In this document: positions 18,962 to 28,910 of the stretch, in pieces | Layout: every line of letters starts with the position of its first letter | How positions within the stretch are numbered: position 1 is the first letter of the stretch | Assembly (NCBI RefSeq): GCF_013141425.1 | Contig: NZ_JABFRA010000008.1 | Location: 4,226 to 68,225 of the forward strand | DNA length: 64,000 bases | Direction of reading: 5' to 3' | Source: Methylotenera sp. | GTDB taxonomy: Bacteria; Pseudomonadota; Gammaproteobacteria; Burkholderiales; Methylophilaceae | Made by a program: the position numbers and the translations under genes | The notes under the pieces: model-generated | Databases searched by the model: none | Told to the model about the DNA's origin: nothing | Seen by the model: only the letters and a program-made list of their open reading frames with translations

Positions 18962-19390
18962 TTAAGAAAGCAAACTACTCAGCACAAAGCCAATCACAAT
19001 ACCTGTAATTAGCGCAATCGTTACTGCTCGGTAGGTCAGAACATCTTTAGAATAGCCACGCTTAATCGCCACATAGGATACTAAATAACCAATGGCGTTT
19101 AGCAGCCATATCAAGCCAATCGACAACACTTTTACAATCAGTGGTCCAATAATGGGAATAAGCGCAATAATGCTTACCACCCAAGCAAACACATGAGAAA
19201 TGGTGGCGAACAACACCACGCCAGTGGTTACCGCCTTAGCATGCCAATTGAAATACCAAGCAGCATATACTGTTGCAGCCAACACGATTGAAAGTGGCAA
19301 CATCCACTTCCACGCGCCACGCTGGGCTGGCTGGATAATTTCTTCTTCGTTGAAAATATGGTGGTTATCTGGCTGTTGTTCTGAGTTCAT
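18962..19390 (-). CDS. Small hypothetical membrane protein (4 TM)
   Basis: 142-aa ORF with hydrophobic helices. It runs in the same direction as its neighbours, and I recognise no motif. Confidence 0.5.
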   Translation of the reverse strand: MNSEQQPDNHHIFNEEEIIQPAQRGAWKWMLPLSIVLAATVYAAWYFNWHAKAVTTGVVLFATISHVFAWVVSIIALIPIIGPLIVKVLSIGLIWLLNAIGYLVSYVAIKRGYSKDVLTYRAVTIALITGIVIGFVLSSLLS

Positions 19391-19462
19391 AGCTAGATAA
19401 TATCAGCAAACAGAAATATCTGGCGAGCTAATAAGGATTTCAATGCTAGATTAATAAACCTT

Positions 19463-19487
19463 AAAGCGCTTACGTGTACGCGCTTTT
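19463..19487 (-). terminator. Candidate intrinsic terminator downstream of acnB
   Basis: aaagcgc-ttacgtgtac-gcgctttt forms a 7-bp GC-rich stem with A/T runs on both sides. It lies 93 nt downstream of the acnB stop. Confidence 0.5.
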
Positions 19488-19579
19488 CATTATTAGACCA
19501 CTGCCCTGCGAAGCCCGTTAAATAAGGCTTGCAGAGCAGGTATATACACAATGAATGCGCTGAAATAATTTAACTTAAA

Positions 19580-22168
19580 TTAAACAGCCTCAGTGATTGG
19601 AATCACTTTTTTGCCAGAGCTCAAAGTATCCAATGCCGCTTTATATTCAGTCATTTGGTCAAAGTTAAGGTATTTGTAAATTTCAGCGGTATTCGCCAAT
19701 TTATTACCGACCGTTTCCAAATACTCAGCATGCGTTGGCATACGACCAAGCTTGGCACACACTGCTGCAAGTTCTGCTGAACCCAAGTAAACGCGGGCAT
19801 CTTTACCCATGCGGTTATCAAAGTTACGCGTGCTGGTTGAAAACACCGTTGCTTTATCCGCCACGCGAGCTTGGTTACCCATACACAATGAACAACCTGG
19901 AATTTCAGTACGTGCACCCGCCACGCCGAAGGTTGAATATACACCCTCATCGCGCAACTGCGCTTCATCCATACGGGTTGGTGGCGCAATCCACAAGCGG
20001 GTTGGAATGCCGCCAGAGCCTTCTAACACCTTAGCCGCCGCGCGGTAATGTCCGATATTAGTCATGCAGCTACCAATAAACACTTCATCAATCTTGTCAC
20101 CCTCAACTGCTGACAATGGCTTGATGTCATCTGGGTCGTTCGGGCATGCTACCAACGGCTGTTTAATGGTATTCAAATCAATTTCAATCACGTGCGCATA
20201 TTCCGCATCTGCATCTGGTTTTAATAAGATGGGCTTCGCCAACCAAGCCTGCATGCTTTCAATACGGCGTTGTAAGGTGCGTGCATCTTCATAGCCATTT
20301 TCAATCATGTTTTGCATGAGCACGATATTGGATTTTAAGAATTCAATCACAGGCGCTTCATTTAACAGCACAGTACAACCGTTAGCAGAACGCTCAGCAG
20401 AAGCATCGGCCAGCTCAAACGCCTGCTCCACTTTTAAATCTGGTAAACCTTCAATTTCTAACACACGGCCGTTAAATACGTTCTTTTTGCCTGACTTACC
20501 AACGGTTAAAGTGCCTTCCTGAATCGCCGCATAAGGAATCGCATTCACCAAATCACGCAAAGTAATACCTGCTTGCAGGGTGCCTTTAAAGCGCACTAAG
20601 ACTGACTCTGGCATATCCAATGGCATAGCACCTGTTGCCGCTGCAAACGCCACTAATCCAGAACCCGCAGGAAATGAAATACCGATTGGAAAACGTGTGT
20701 GCGAATCGCCACCGGTGCCTACTGTATCGGGCAATACCATACGGTTTAACCATGAGTGAATCACACCGTCGCCAGGACGTAATGAAACACCGCCGCGGCT
20801 AGACATGAATTCTGGCAAGCTATGTTGCAATTTAATGTCCACTGGTTTTGGATAAGCCGCTGTATGACAGAAGCTTTGCATGACCAAATCGGCACTAAAG
20901 CCTAAGCAAGCCAATTCTTTTAACTCATCGCGCGTCATGCCACCCGTGGTGTCTTGCGAACCCACCGTCGTGGCTTTTGGCTCACAATAAGTATTAGGGC
21001 GCACGCCAGTGCCTTCTGGCAAACCACATGCGCGGCCCACCATTTTTTGCGCAAGCGTATAACCTTTGCTAGAACTAACAGCAGGTGCGGCGGTAATGAA
21101 AGTGGTTGTTTCTGCTAAACCTAAGGCTTTGCGCGCATTTGAGGTTAACCCACGACCAATAATCAATGGAATACGGCCACCCGCACGCACTTCATCTGGC
21201 ATAGTAATTGGATTCAACTCAAAAGTTGAAAGCACCTCACCCGCTTCATTCAACACTTTGCCTTCATAAGGCTTAATCACAATCACATCGCCAGTATTCA
21301 ATTTTGAAACATCACATTGAATCGGCAAGGCGCCTGAATCTTCCGCCGTGTTAAAGAAAATCGGCGCTATTTTTGCGCCTAAAATCACGCCGCCTGTGCG
21401 TTTGTTTGGAATATATGGAATATCATTGCCCATAAACCATTGCACTGAGTTAATGGCCGATTTGCGTGAGGAACCTGTTCCCACCACATCGCCCACATAA
21501 GCCAACGGCAAGCCTTTTTGTTTTAAGGTATCAATTAATTTCAAGCCTTCAGGCATTTTATTAATCAGCATGGCTTTGGCATGCAAGGGAATGTCTGGGC
21601 GGCTCCATGCATCTTGCGCTGGGCTTAAATCATCGGTATTGGTTTCACCATCGACTTTAAAAACCACCATTTTGATTTCTTTAGCTAACGCTGGTGCATT
21701 GGTAAACCACTCAGCATTCGCCCAGCTTTCAATGAGCATTTTAGCATGTGCATTTCCCGCTTTCATCAATACATCTACATCATGAAATGCATCAAACATC
21801 AAAATTGTGCTACTTAGCGCTTTAACAGCATTGGCCGCCAATGGTGTTTCTAACAGCGCAACTAAAGCCTGCACGTTGTAGCCACCTAGCATCGTGCCTA
21901 GTAACTCAACCGCCTTTTCTGGTAAAATTAAAGGCGATTTCGCTGTGCCTTTAGCGATATCTGCTAGAAAAGCCGCTTTTACATAAGCCGCTTGATCCAC
22001 ACCTGCCGGCGTGCGGTTGGCGATTAAATCAAGCAAGGTTTCGGCTTCGCCCGTAGGTGGATTTTTAAGCAATTCAACCACTTGAGCGACTTGCTCTGCA
22101 GATAATGGTAATGGGGGTAACTGGTTAGCAGCACGTTCTTTTACGTGCGTAGCATAGGCTTTTAACAT
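19580..22168 (-). CDS. acnB: Aconitate hydratase 2 / 2-methylisocitrate dehydratase
   Basis: 862-aa ORF with the AcnB-specific N-terminal HEAT-like domain ([22 protein letters not shown]). Fe-S ligand contexts are present ([18 protein letters not shown]). Confidence 0.95.
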   Translation of the reverse strand: MLKAYATHVKERAANQLPPLPLSAEQVAQVVELLKNPPTGEAETLLDLIANRTPAGVDQAAYVKAAFLADIAKGTAKSPLILPEKAVELLGTMLGGYNVQALVALLETPLAANAVKALSSTILMFDAFHDVDVLMKAGNAHAKMLIESWANAEWFTNAPALAKEIKMVVFKVDGETNTDDLSPAQDAWSRPDIPLHAKAMLINKMPEGLKLIDTLKQKGLPLAYVGDVVGTGSSRKSAINSVQWFMGNDIPYIPNKRTGGVILGAKIAPIFFNTAEDSGALPIQCDVSKLNTGDVIVIKPYEGKVLNEAGEVLSTFELNPITMPDEVRAGGRIPLIIGRGLTSNARKALGLAETTTFITAAPAVSSSKGYTLAQKMVGRACGLPEGTGVRPNTYCEPKATTVGSQDTTGGMTRDELKELACLGFSADLVMQSFCHTAAYPKPVDIKLQHSLPEFMSSRGGVSLRPGDGVIHSWLNRMVLPDTVGTGGDSHTRFPIGISFPAGSGLVAFAAATGAMPLDMPESVLVRFKGTLQAGITLRDLVNAIPYAAIQEGTLTVGKSGKKNVFNGRVLEIEGLPDLKVEQAFELADASAERSANGCTVLLNEAPVIEFLKSNIVLMQNMIENGYEDARTLQRRIESMQAWLAKPILLKPDADAEYAHVIEIDLNTIKQPLVACPNDPDDIKPLSAVEGDKIDEVFIGSCMTNIGHYRAAAKVLEGSGGIPTRLWIAPPTRMDEAQLRDEGVYSTFGVAGARTEIPGCSLCMGNQARVADKATVFSTSTRNFDNRMGKDARVYLGSAELAAVCAKLGRMPTHAEYLETVGNKLANTAEIYKYLNFDQMTEYKAALDTLSSGKKVIPITEAV

Positions 22169-22279
22169 GGTATTTTGCGTCTTTAAGGTTGGTTAAAATA
22201 ATCTTCGTCATTATACAACCAGCAAAAACGCACGGTGCTTTCAATTAGAATTAGCCCATGCAAAATTTAAGCAGGTTGT

Positions 22280-22588
22280 TTAGTTTGTATATAACTCTTT
22301 TGCAAACGGCGTACTGCAACTAGTACCTTTCGCCGAAGCTTCCATGCGGTCCAGCACGTCCTTCTCGTAGCCGATGCCATGTTTTAATTCTAAAAATGCC
22401 CGTACTTCAAACACATCGGCAAAACCGTTTTTATCGGTATCCATCAAGGCCACGCATTCTTCAACACTCGGGCCAGTGTAGCGGCCATTTGCATCTGTGA
22501 GATAGGCCAACACATCCTCAGCATTCACTGACGTTACCGTCAATATTGCACCCAATAAAATAATAAATTGCGCTGTACGTTTAAACAT
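22280..22588 (-). CDS. Small secreted protein with a canonical EF-hand loop
   Basis: 102-aa ORF. The signal peptide ends SVNA/ED. The 12-residue loop DTDKNGFADVFE (nt 22406-22441) fits D-x-D-x-N-G-x-x-D-x-x-E. Confidence 0.6.
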   Translation of the reverse strand: MFKRTAQFIILLGAILTVTSVNAEDVLAYLTDANGRYTGPSVEECVALMDTDKNGFADVFEVRAFLELKHGIGYEKDVLDRMEASAKGTSCSTPFAKELYTN

Positions 22589-22906
22589 TTAAATTGCACC
22601 TTTAATCAACATCCGGTTATTAAAACCAAATAATCCACATCCTAAAACTATTCGCTGAAATTCAACTAGTAGGACAGATATTAAAACAAAAAGTGCAGTG
22701 CACACTGTGACTATTAGCACATAAGCCTATGCAAACGTGGAAAAAGTGTCTGCACTGGCGAATTACTGCGTTGCGCGTTACTCGCAAGCTCACCGTACAC
22801 CAGCACCATCGCAGCTTCTGCGCTCCATGCGTCTTGTACTTCATCCCGCTCAACGACTTATTCCGTGTTTCCTTAACTATTTTTAGGCTTCAGATTGCAT
22901 GTGTTA

Positions 22907-24454
22907 TCAATTTATCGCTTGAATCTCAATAACCTTATGCTGTGCAATCTTTGCTTTCCACTCGGCGGGGCCTGTTGAGTGCACAGAATTGCCTTTACTA
23001 TCGACCGCCACAGTCACTGGCATATCTTGCACGGTAAATTCATAAATCGCTTCCATGCCTAAATCTGCAAACGCCAATACTTCGGCTTTTTTTATGGCTT
23101 TGCTTACCAAATAGGCGGCGCCGCCCACCGCGGTTAAATACACAGACTTATGTTTTGCAATCGAAGCAATCGTCTCATCGCCGCGTTCTGCCTTGCCTAC
23201 CATGCCGAGCAAACCAACATCATTTAGCATCATTTCAGTAAAGCCATCCATTCGCGTTGCGGTAGTCGGGCCTGCTGGGCCTACGGCTTCATCTCGCACT
23301 GCATCAACGGGGCCAACGTAGTAAATAAAACGGTTTTTAAAATCTACTGGCAGTTTCTCACCTTTTGCCAACATCGTGGCAATTCGTTTATGTGCTGCAT
23401 CGCGGCCTGTTAGCAACTTTCCATTCAACAGCAAAGTCTGACCAGGCTTCCAAGTCTGAATATCCGCTTGGGTAATCGCATCTAAATTTACCCTTAATGA
23501 CACCTCACTTGGCGCCCAATGTACATTCGGCCAGTCGCTAAGATTCGGCGCTTCTAATTCTGCCACGCCACTGCCATCCAACTCAAAATGCACATGGCGT
23601 GTAGCGGCACAGTTTGGAATAATCGCCACAGGTAAAGAAGCCGCATGCGTTGGGCAATCTAATATTTTCACATCCAACACTGTTGCTAAACCACCTAAAC
23701 CTTGCGCACCTATACCCAAATTATTTACCTTTTCAAAAATCTCTAACCGCAATTCTTCAATGCGATTTTTTGCACCGCTAGCTTTAAGTTCGTGCATATC
23801 AATCGGCGCCATCAGTGACTCTTTAGCCAACAACATGGCTTTTTCTGCACTACCACCTATACCTATGCCCAACATGCCGGGTGGACACCAGCCTGCACCC
23901 ATTTGGGGCACAACTTCCAAAATCCAATCCACAATGCTGTCATTTGGGTTGAGCATCGCCAGCTTGGCTTTATTCTCCGAACCACCACCTTTTGCCGCAA
24001 TTTGCACGTCAACTTTATCGCCTGCCACCAATGAAACATGCACCACTGCAGGCGTATTATCCTTAGTATTACCGCGCTTTCCAGCGGGGTCACTCACAAT
24101 AGAAGCACGTAATTTATTCTCTGGCAGTAGATACGCACGCTGCACGCCTTCGTTCACCATTTGCTCAACATCTTTTAGTTCAACATCCTGTTCAGCTTGC
24201 CATTGCACGCTCATACCTACTTTAACGAAAGCAACAACAATGCCAGTATCTTGGCATAGTGGCCGTTTACCTTCTGCGCACATACGCGAGTTTGTTAAAA
24301 TCTGCGCAATGGCATCTTTTGCGGCGGGCGATTGTTCTGCCTCATAAGCGCGGCCTAATGCCTGAATGTAATCGACAGGGTGATAGTAAGAAATATATTG
24401 CAACGCATCTGCAATGCTTTGAATGAAGTCAGATTGTTTGATGGTTGTCGTCAT
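22907..24454 (-). CDS. fumA: Class I (Fe-S) fumarate hydratase
   Basis: 515-aa ORF containing CQDTGIVVAFVKVG plus a C-terminal beta-subunit-like domain (GPTTATRMDGFTEMM), typical of fused class I fumarases. Confidence 0.9.
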   Translation of the reverse strand: MTTTIKQSDFIQSIADALQYISYYHPVDYIQALGRAYEAEQSPAAKDAIAQILTNSRMCAEGKRPLCQDTGIVVAFVKVGMSVQWQAEQDVELKDVEQMVNEGVQRAYLLPENKLRASIVSDPAGKRGNTKDNTPAVVHVSLVAGDKVDVQIAAKGGGSENKAKLAMLNPNDSIVDWILEVVPQMGAGWCPPGMLGIGIGGSAEKAMLLAKESLMAPIDMHELKASGAKNRIEELRLEIFEKVNNLGIGAQGLGGLATVLDVKILDCPTHAASLPVAIIPNCAATRHVHFELDGSGVAELEAPNLSDWPNVHWAPSEVSLRVNLDAITQADIQTWKPGQTLLLNGKLLTGRDAAHKRIATMLAKGEKLPVDFKNRFIYYVGPVDAVRDEAVGPAGPTTATRMDGFTEMMLNDVGLLGMVGKAERGDETIASIAKHKSVYLTAVGGAAYLVSKAIKKAEVLAFADLGMEAIYEFTVQDMPVTVAVDSKGNSVHSTGPAEWKAKIAQHKVIEIQAIN

Positions 24455-24462
24455 TTTTCGCG

Positions 24463-24924
24463 CTACTTAAGTTTATTTAGCTTGGATTTTTCTAGTTTAG
24501 ATTTTTCTTGCTCTGGTTTATCTAGCTTAGTTTTTTCTTGCTGAGGCTTTTGTATTGTCACGGGCAAATATACTTCCCATGTTTTAAAAATATCTTTACT
24601 TACACTTTTTGCACAATACACTGCCACACTTTTATGAAAAACACGGCTGTTCGGCGCCCATCCTGCGGTTAACGGTTCCGCACACTTAGGCACTAATGTT
24701 TTAAGATTGACTTGAGTCACCTGCCAATTGCTATTATTTTGCTTATTTTCTAACGCGATAAATTTTTCTGCGGTCAGCTGAATTTGGTCGAGATGAAGTT
24801 GCTTTAACCTTGCAATACGCTGAGATTGAGTTTCAACTATGCCCTTTTCTTCAGATGCAGAACTCTGCGCTGCCCAACCAAGCAAGCACACGGAGAAGGC
24901 AAAATAAAAAGTGATTTTTGACAT
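24463..24924 (-). CDS. Hypothetical secreted protein with a Lys/Glu-rich repetitive C-terminus
   Basis: 153-aa ORF with the signal peptide LLGWAAQSSA/SE. The C-terminus PQQEKTKLDKPEQEKSKLEKSKLNKLK is encoded by imperfect tandem DNA repeats. Its stop lies 8 nt upstream of the fumA start. Confidence 0.5.
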   Translation of the reverse strand: MSKITFYFAFSVCLLGWAAQSSASEEKGIVETQSQRIARLKQLHLDQIQLTAEKFIALENKQNNSNWQVTQVNLKTLVPKCAEPLTAGWAPNSRVFHKSVAVYCAKSVSKDIFKTWEVYLPVTIQKPQQEKTKLDKPEQEKSKLEKSKLNKLK

Positions 24925-24970
24925 TATGACATTTCTACAAATTTCTAATTTATTTGTTCATAAGTTTAAA

Positions 24971-26602
24971 TTATCGCGCACTTTTTGCATAAGCAATGCT
25001 GTTGTTAATATCTTTTCGCAAGATTTTGCCGTTTTTGGTCCGCGGAAAATCTTTGGTCAAATATACCGTTTTTGGTGCTTTGTAAGCGGCTAAATGTTGC
25101 TTACCGAAGGCCTGCAACTCATCAGCAGTAACAGTTGAATTGGGTTGCAAAATCACATAAGTCACCACGAGCAATTTATCTTTCTCAAGCTCCTCGCCCA
25201 CGGCGGCGCAATCCGCCACTGCTGGGTGAGATTTATATACCCGCTCAATTTCATAAGGCGACACGCGGTAGCCAAAGCTTTTAATAATGTCGTCCTTGCG
25301 GCCTAGAAACCAGATATAGCCGTCTTCATCATAACGCGCATAATCGCCCGAGAAGAACCAGCCGTCATGCTTGTATTTGGCAGTTTCTTCGTCTAAATTC
25401 CAATACCGCAAGAATAAGCCAGGGTCGTTAGCCGGCACACTAATCATGCCCTCCTCACCTTGCAAGACTTCTTCTAGCGTTTCAGGGTTGAGCAGTTTAA
25501 TGGCATGACCTGGTTGAGGAAAGCCGGCAGATCCTGCCCTTATTGGGCGAAACACACTTTGACTTAAATAATATGAAAACTCACTCATACCAACCGCTTC
25601 GTAAATATCTCGGCCAAAGCGCTCACGCCATTGTTGCAAGACTTCATCAGACAAATGCTCTCCCGCACTCATGCAATGCCGCAAACTTGGCACATCAGCT
25701 TGTTTGGCGGATGATTTTTGAATAATTTGGCGATAAATTGTTGGCACGCCAACAAAAATAGTTGCTGAATGCTTTGCAATTAAACGCGTCCATAAATCTG
25801 CATCATTTTTGCCTTCATGCACAATGACTGTTTTGCCTAAATACAGCGGGTCCATCAACCCAGAACCTAACACATAAGTCCAGTTAAATTTGCCCGAATG
25901 CATGATGCGGTCTTGTGAATTAGCATCAAAATTGAACCAATATTGAGAGGCAGGTTCACGGCCAATTAAAGCGCGATGTGCGTGTAACACACCTTTTGGA
26001 TAACCTGTTGTGCCTGAGGTATAGACCAAATAAGCAGGGTCATCAGAAGCCGTTAAATGCGCTGGTTCGCAACTTGCAATTGCAGTAAGCTGCGAATCTA
26101 AATCGAGCACATTTAGGCTTGCGTGTGGAGTAACTTCACCAATGCCAGACAAAAGTACATGTTTTAAATTAGGTAAGCCAGTTAAATGGCTTTGCAATGA
26201 TGGCCATGCCGCTTTGTCTGTCACAAGCACAGTTGCCGTTGAGTCTTTTGCTAAATAAGCCACCTCCTCAGCCGTCAGTAATGTAGAGGTCGGGACTGAA
26301 ATCGCACCGCGTTTCATTGCCCCCAAAAACGCCGTTGGATAATCCAAATTGTTTGGCAAGCGAATCAGCACGCGCTCACCCGCAGCAACACTCAAATTTC
26401 TAAGTAATTGCGCAAACTGGTCAGTGCGTTTGGCTAGTTGTTCAAACGTGATTTGTGAGGTGCCTTGCGCATCATCTTCCACAATCATCGCAATGGTAGT
26501 GGCGACCGGAGTGTTTAAATGTTTATCTGTACATGCAACACCGATATTGAAGTGTGTTGGGATACTCCATTTCCACGCTTTAAATGGCTCAAATTTTTGC
26601 AT
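24971..26602 (-). CDS. AMP-forming acyl-CoA synthetase (medium-chain/ACSM-like adenylate-forming enzyme)
   Basis: 543-aa ORF with the AMP-binding motif YTSGTTGYPKGVLHAHRAL, followed by GDYARYDEDGYIWFLGRKDD and a C-terminal TKNGKILR. Confidence 0.85.
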   Translation of the reverse strand: MQKFEPFKAWKWSIPTHFNIGVACTDKHLNTPVATTIAMIVEDDAQGTSQITFEQLAKRTDQFAQLLRNLSVAAGERVLIRLPNNLDYPTAFLGAMKRGAISVPTSTLLTAEEVAYLAKDSTATVLVTDKAAWPSLQSHLTGLPNLKHVLLSGIGEVTPHASLNVLDLDSQLTAIASCEPAHLTASDDPAYLVYTSGTTGYPKGVLHAHRALIGREPASQYWFNFDANSQDRIMHSGKFNWTYVLGSGLMDPLYLGKTVIVHEGKNDADLWTRLIAKHSATIFVGVPTIYRQIIQKSSAKQADVPSLRHCMSAGEHLSDEVLQQWRERFGRDIYEAVGMSEFSYYLSQSVFRPIRAGSAGFPQPGHAIKLLNPETLEEVLQGEEGMISVPANDPGLFLRYWNLDEETAKYKHDGWFFSGDYARYDEDGYIWFLGRKDDIIKSFGYRVSPYEIERVYKSHPAVADCAAVGEELEKDKLLVVTYVILQPNSTVTADELQAFGKQHLAAYKAPKTVYLTKDFPRTKNGKILRKDINNSIAYAKSAR

Positions 26603-26671
26603 TATTTAACTCTCATAAAAATTCAGTGCTTATAAAAATTGAGTATTTGGCAATTAAACCAAAATACGCAT

Positions 26672-27832
26672 TTACAGTATTGCTCCGTATGGCCAGTTTT
26701 GACGTATCACTTGTGCGGGTAATAATTCAAGCACTTGCAACGCAAAATCCATGTCATCTTGGTGTAGGGCACGAAGTGCATGGGCTCTTAACAAGGTTTG
26801 CAGCGCCTTACCAAACATCGGCGGGTCTAGCATTTCACCTTCAAACTTGATGGCACCGCCGTGCAAAGCATCAGCTTCAATCGCGGCCTTTAAAATGCGT
26901 ACTTTTTGGTTTACTTCTGTGGGTGATGGTGTGTATGCCGTTTTACATAAATGAATATGGCCTGGGTGGATGACTTGCTTACCTGTCAAGCCCATCGCAG
27001 CTTCTTGGCAGGCGTGTTTATACACAATGCGTGATTCATGATCGCCATGTAAATCTAGCCAGCGTCTTACATCATGCGGCTCAACAAATTTATCGGGCAT
27101 GATGTTGGCGCCAATTAAGGTTTCAACGCCGCCAATCACACCCTTACCAGCAATGCGTGCTTCAAACATTAATTGATTCATGTAAAACTGCAACTCATCA
27201 ATCCAATGCTCGGCTGTGATGTGGATGCCCATCGCTTTTGAAAAATCGTGAATACCAAACACCACGTGCTTTACTGTGCTGTATTGCATTAATTCAGGGG
27301 CGATTTTTAGCGATTTTGGATGTTCGATAATCGGCTGTATCGTAATGTCTGGATTTAAATCCAGCAGAAAACTCGAGAGATCACGCACTTCTGCCGCACC
27401 ATAAGCCTCACCAGCCTTGGCCAGCATCACCACATCGATGCAATCGGCCATGTCTTTTACTAATTGCATGTCTAACTCATATTCATCGGTACGAAATGAA
27501 TTAGAGCGAATCGCCACTGTAACATGCGGGTTAACGTTGCGTAGCTCTGGCAGCTCTTGGCGCAACAAATCACGGCTCATCACTTTTTGGCGACAACCAT
27601 CTTCCAAGTCAAAAATCAAGGTGTGGGCATTGGTGTTGTGTGCATGTTTACGCATACGCGCCGCCGCTTGGGTGACATCTTCGTAAATCCCTTGCGCAGG
27701 CGAATATTTAACTGGCGGATAATACAACTGTATCCCTGGCCAGTTCTCGCCTAGCATCGCACTATTGGTGTAACACTTGATTTTTCCATGACTATTCATG
27801 CTAAGTCTTTCAATAATTTCAATTATTCTCAA
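26672..27832 (-). CDS. HpcH/HpaI aldolase / citrate-lyase beta (CitE)-like acyl-CoA lyase, long form
   Basis: 386-aa ORF with CitE-family blocks LIFDLEDGC, PIIEHP, FGIHDF and KQVIHPGHI. The track start is TTG at 27832, overlapping the sdhE stop. ATG at 27799, 29 nt after that stop, is an alternative. Confidence 0.75.
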   Translation of the reverse strand: MRIIEIIERLSMNSHGKIKCYTNSAMLGENWPGIQLYYPPVKYSPAQGIYEDVTQAAARMRKHAHNTNAHTLIFDLEDGCRQKVMSRDLLRQELPELRNVNPHVTVAIRSNSFRTDEYELDMQLVKDMADCIDVVMLAKAGEAYGAAEVRDLSSFLLDLNPDITIQPIIEHPKSLKIAPELMQYSTVKHVVFGIHDFSKAMGIHITAEHWIDELQFYMNQLMFEARIAGKGVIGGVETLIGANIMPDKFVEPHDVRRWLDLHGDHESRIVYKHACQEAAMGLTGKQVIHPGHIHLCKTAYTPSPTEVNQKVRILKAAIEADALHGGAIKFEGEMLDPPMFGKALQTLLRAHALRALHQDDMDFALQVLELLPAQVIRQNWPYGAIL

Positions 27833-28119
27833 TGACCACTTAATTTTGTCAGCACCGTTTGCATTACATCTACATTCTCTTGCTTTACTTTTAAAACATC
27901 AACTTCATCAAACTTTATTCTCGAGGTCACCACATCTAAAAAGTCGTTATCGGGCAAATCGAGTAAACAATCCAGTGCTTGCAACTCTTGTTTACTTAAT
28001 CCAGCCAAGTGCTTTTCAGAAAAACGTAGCAATACGATATCCAGTTCTAATAATCCACGACGGCAGCGCCAGCTTAAGCGGCGCACTTCTTCGTCGGTCA
28101 TCTGGTTAGCGGTAGTCAT
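27829..28119 (-). CDS. sdhE: Succinate dehydrogenase FAD assembly factor SdhE (DUF339)
   Basis: 96-aa ORF with RLSWRCRRGLLELD and LDLPDNDF, characteristic of SdhE/YgfY. It lies 3 nt after sdhB. Confidence 0.85.
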   Translation of the reverse strand: MTTANQMTDEEVRRLSWRCRRGLLELDIVLLRFSEKHLAGLSKQELQALDCLLDLPDNDFLDVVTSRIKFDEVDVLKVKQENVDVMQTVLTKLSGH

Positions 28120-28122
28120 TTA

Positions 28123-28863
28123 TTAAATCGCTTTAATTTCAATTTTCTTTTTATCTTTCAATTTACTTTCGCGCGCCTGCTCGAACTTCAAATCTTTAAT
28201 GTTGGCAATCGCCGCATTTGGGTTGAGCTTTTTCGGGCAGACCTCCACACAGTTCATAATGTTATGGCAGCGATACAAACGGTCTGGCTCTTCCAAATTC
28301 TCTAGCCGCTCGTCAAGCGCCTGATCGCGGCTATCCACCATAAAGCGATAAGCTTGCATTAGGCCAGCTGGACCAACAAACTTATCTGGGTTCCACCAGA
28401 AAGAGGGGCAAGAAGTTGTACAAGCACCGCATAAGATACACTCATACAAACCATCAAGCTTGGCACGGTCTTCTGGCGACTGTAAACGCTCTATTTCTGG
28501 TGCTGGATCGTTATTCACCAAGTAGGGTTTGACTGAATTATAGTTCTCAAAAAACTGCGTCATATCCACGACTAAGTCGCGAATCACAGGTAAACCAGGC
28601 ATAGGGCGAAGTACCACTGGCTCTTCTAAATCGGACAATTTGGTAATACAAGCCAAGCCATTTTTACCATTGATATTCATGCTGTCAGAGCCACATACGC
28701 CTTCGCGGCATGATTTGCGCAAGCTCAAGCTGTCATCCAAGTCCTTAATGCGCAACAAGGCATCTAACAACATTTGGTCGCTATCTTCCAGCAATACATC
28801 GTAATCTTGCATGTATGGCTTTTTGTCTACGTCAGGGTTAAATCTATAAATTGAGAATTTCAT
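28123..28863 (-). CDS. sdhB: Succinate dehydrogenase iron-sulfur subunit
   Basis: 246-aa ORF with three Cys clusters (CREGVCGSDSMNINGKNGLAC, CILCGACTTSC, CHNIMNCVEVCP). Confidence 0.95.
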   Translation of the reverse strand: MKFSIYRFNPDVDKKPYMQDYDVLLEDSDQMLLDALLRIKDLDDSLSLRKSCREGVCGSDSMNINGKNGLACITKLSDLEEPVVLRPMPGLPVIRDLVVDMTQFFENYNSVKPYLVNNDPAPEIERLQSPEDRAKLDGLYECILCGACTTSCPSFWWNPDKFVGPAGLMQAYRFMVDSRDQALDERLENLEEPDRLYRCHNIMNCVEVCPKKLNPNAAIANIKDLKFEQARESKLKDKKKIEIKAI

Positions 28864-28910
28864 GTTGTAGTCTCTAATTTCTAATTAATTCTGTAATTTG
28901 TTCAATTCGT

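Noticed and set aside
22631-22639. TAATCCACA, one mismatch from the DnaA box consensus.
   Set aside because: It is a single isolated near-match with no cluster of boxes and no adjacent AT-rich unwinding element.
22662-22932. 63-aa (minus) and 67-aa (plus) ORFs in the fumA/EF-hand spacer.
   Set aside because: Their Cys/His/Arg-rich sequences have no signal peptide or motifs, and they overlap each other on opposite strands. The region is better treated as possible RNA or a gene remnant (see findings).
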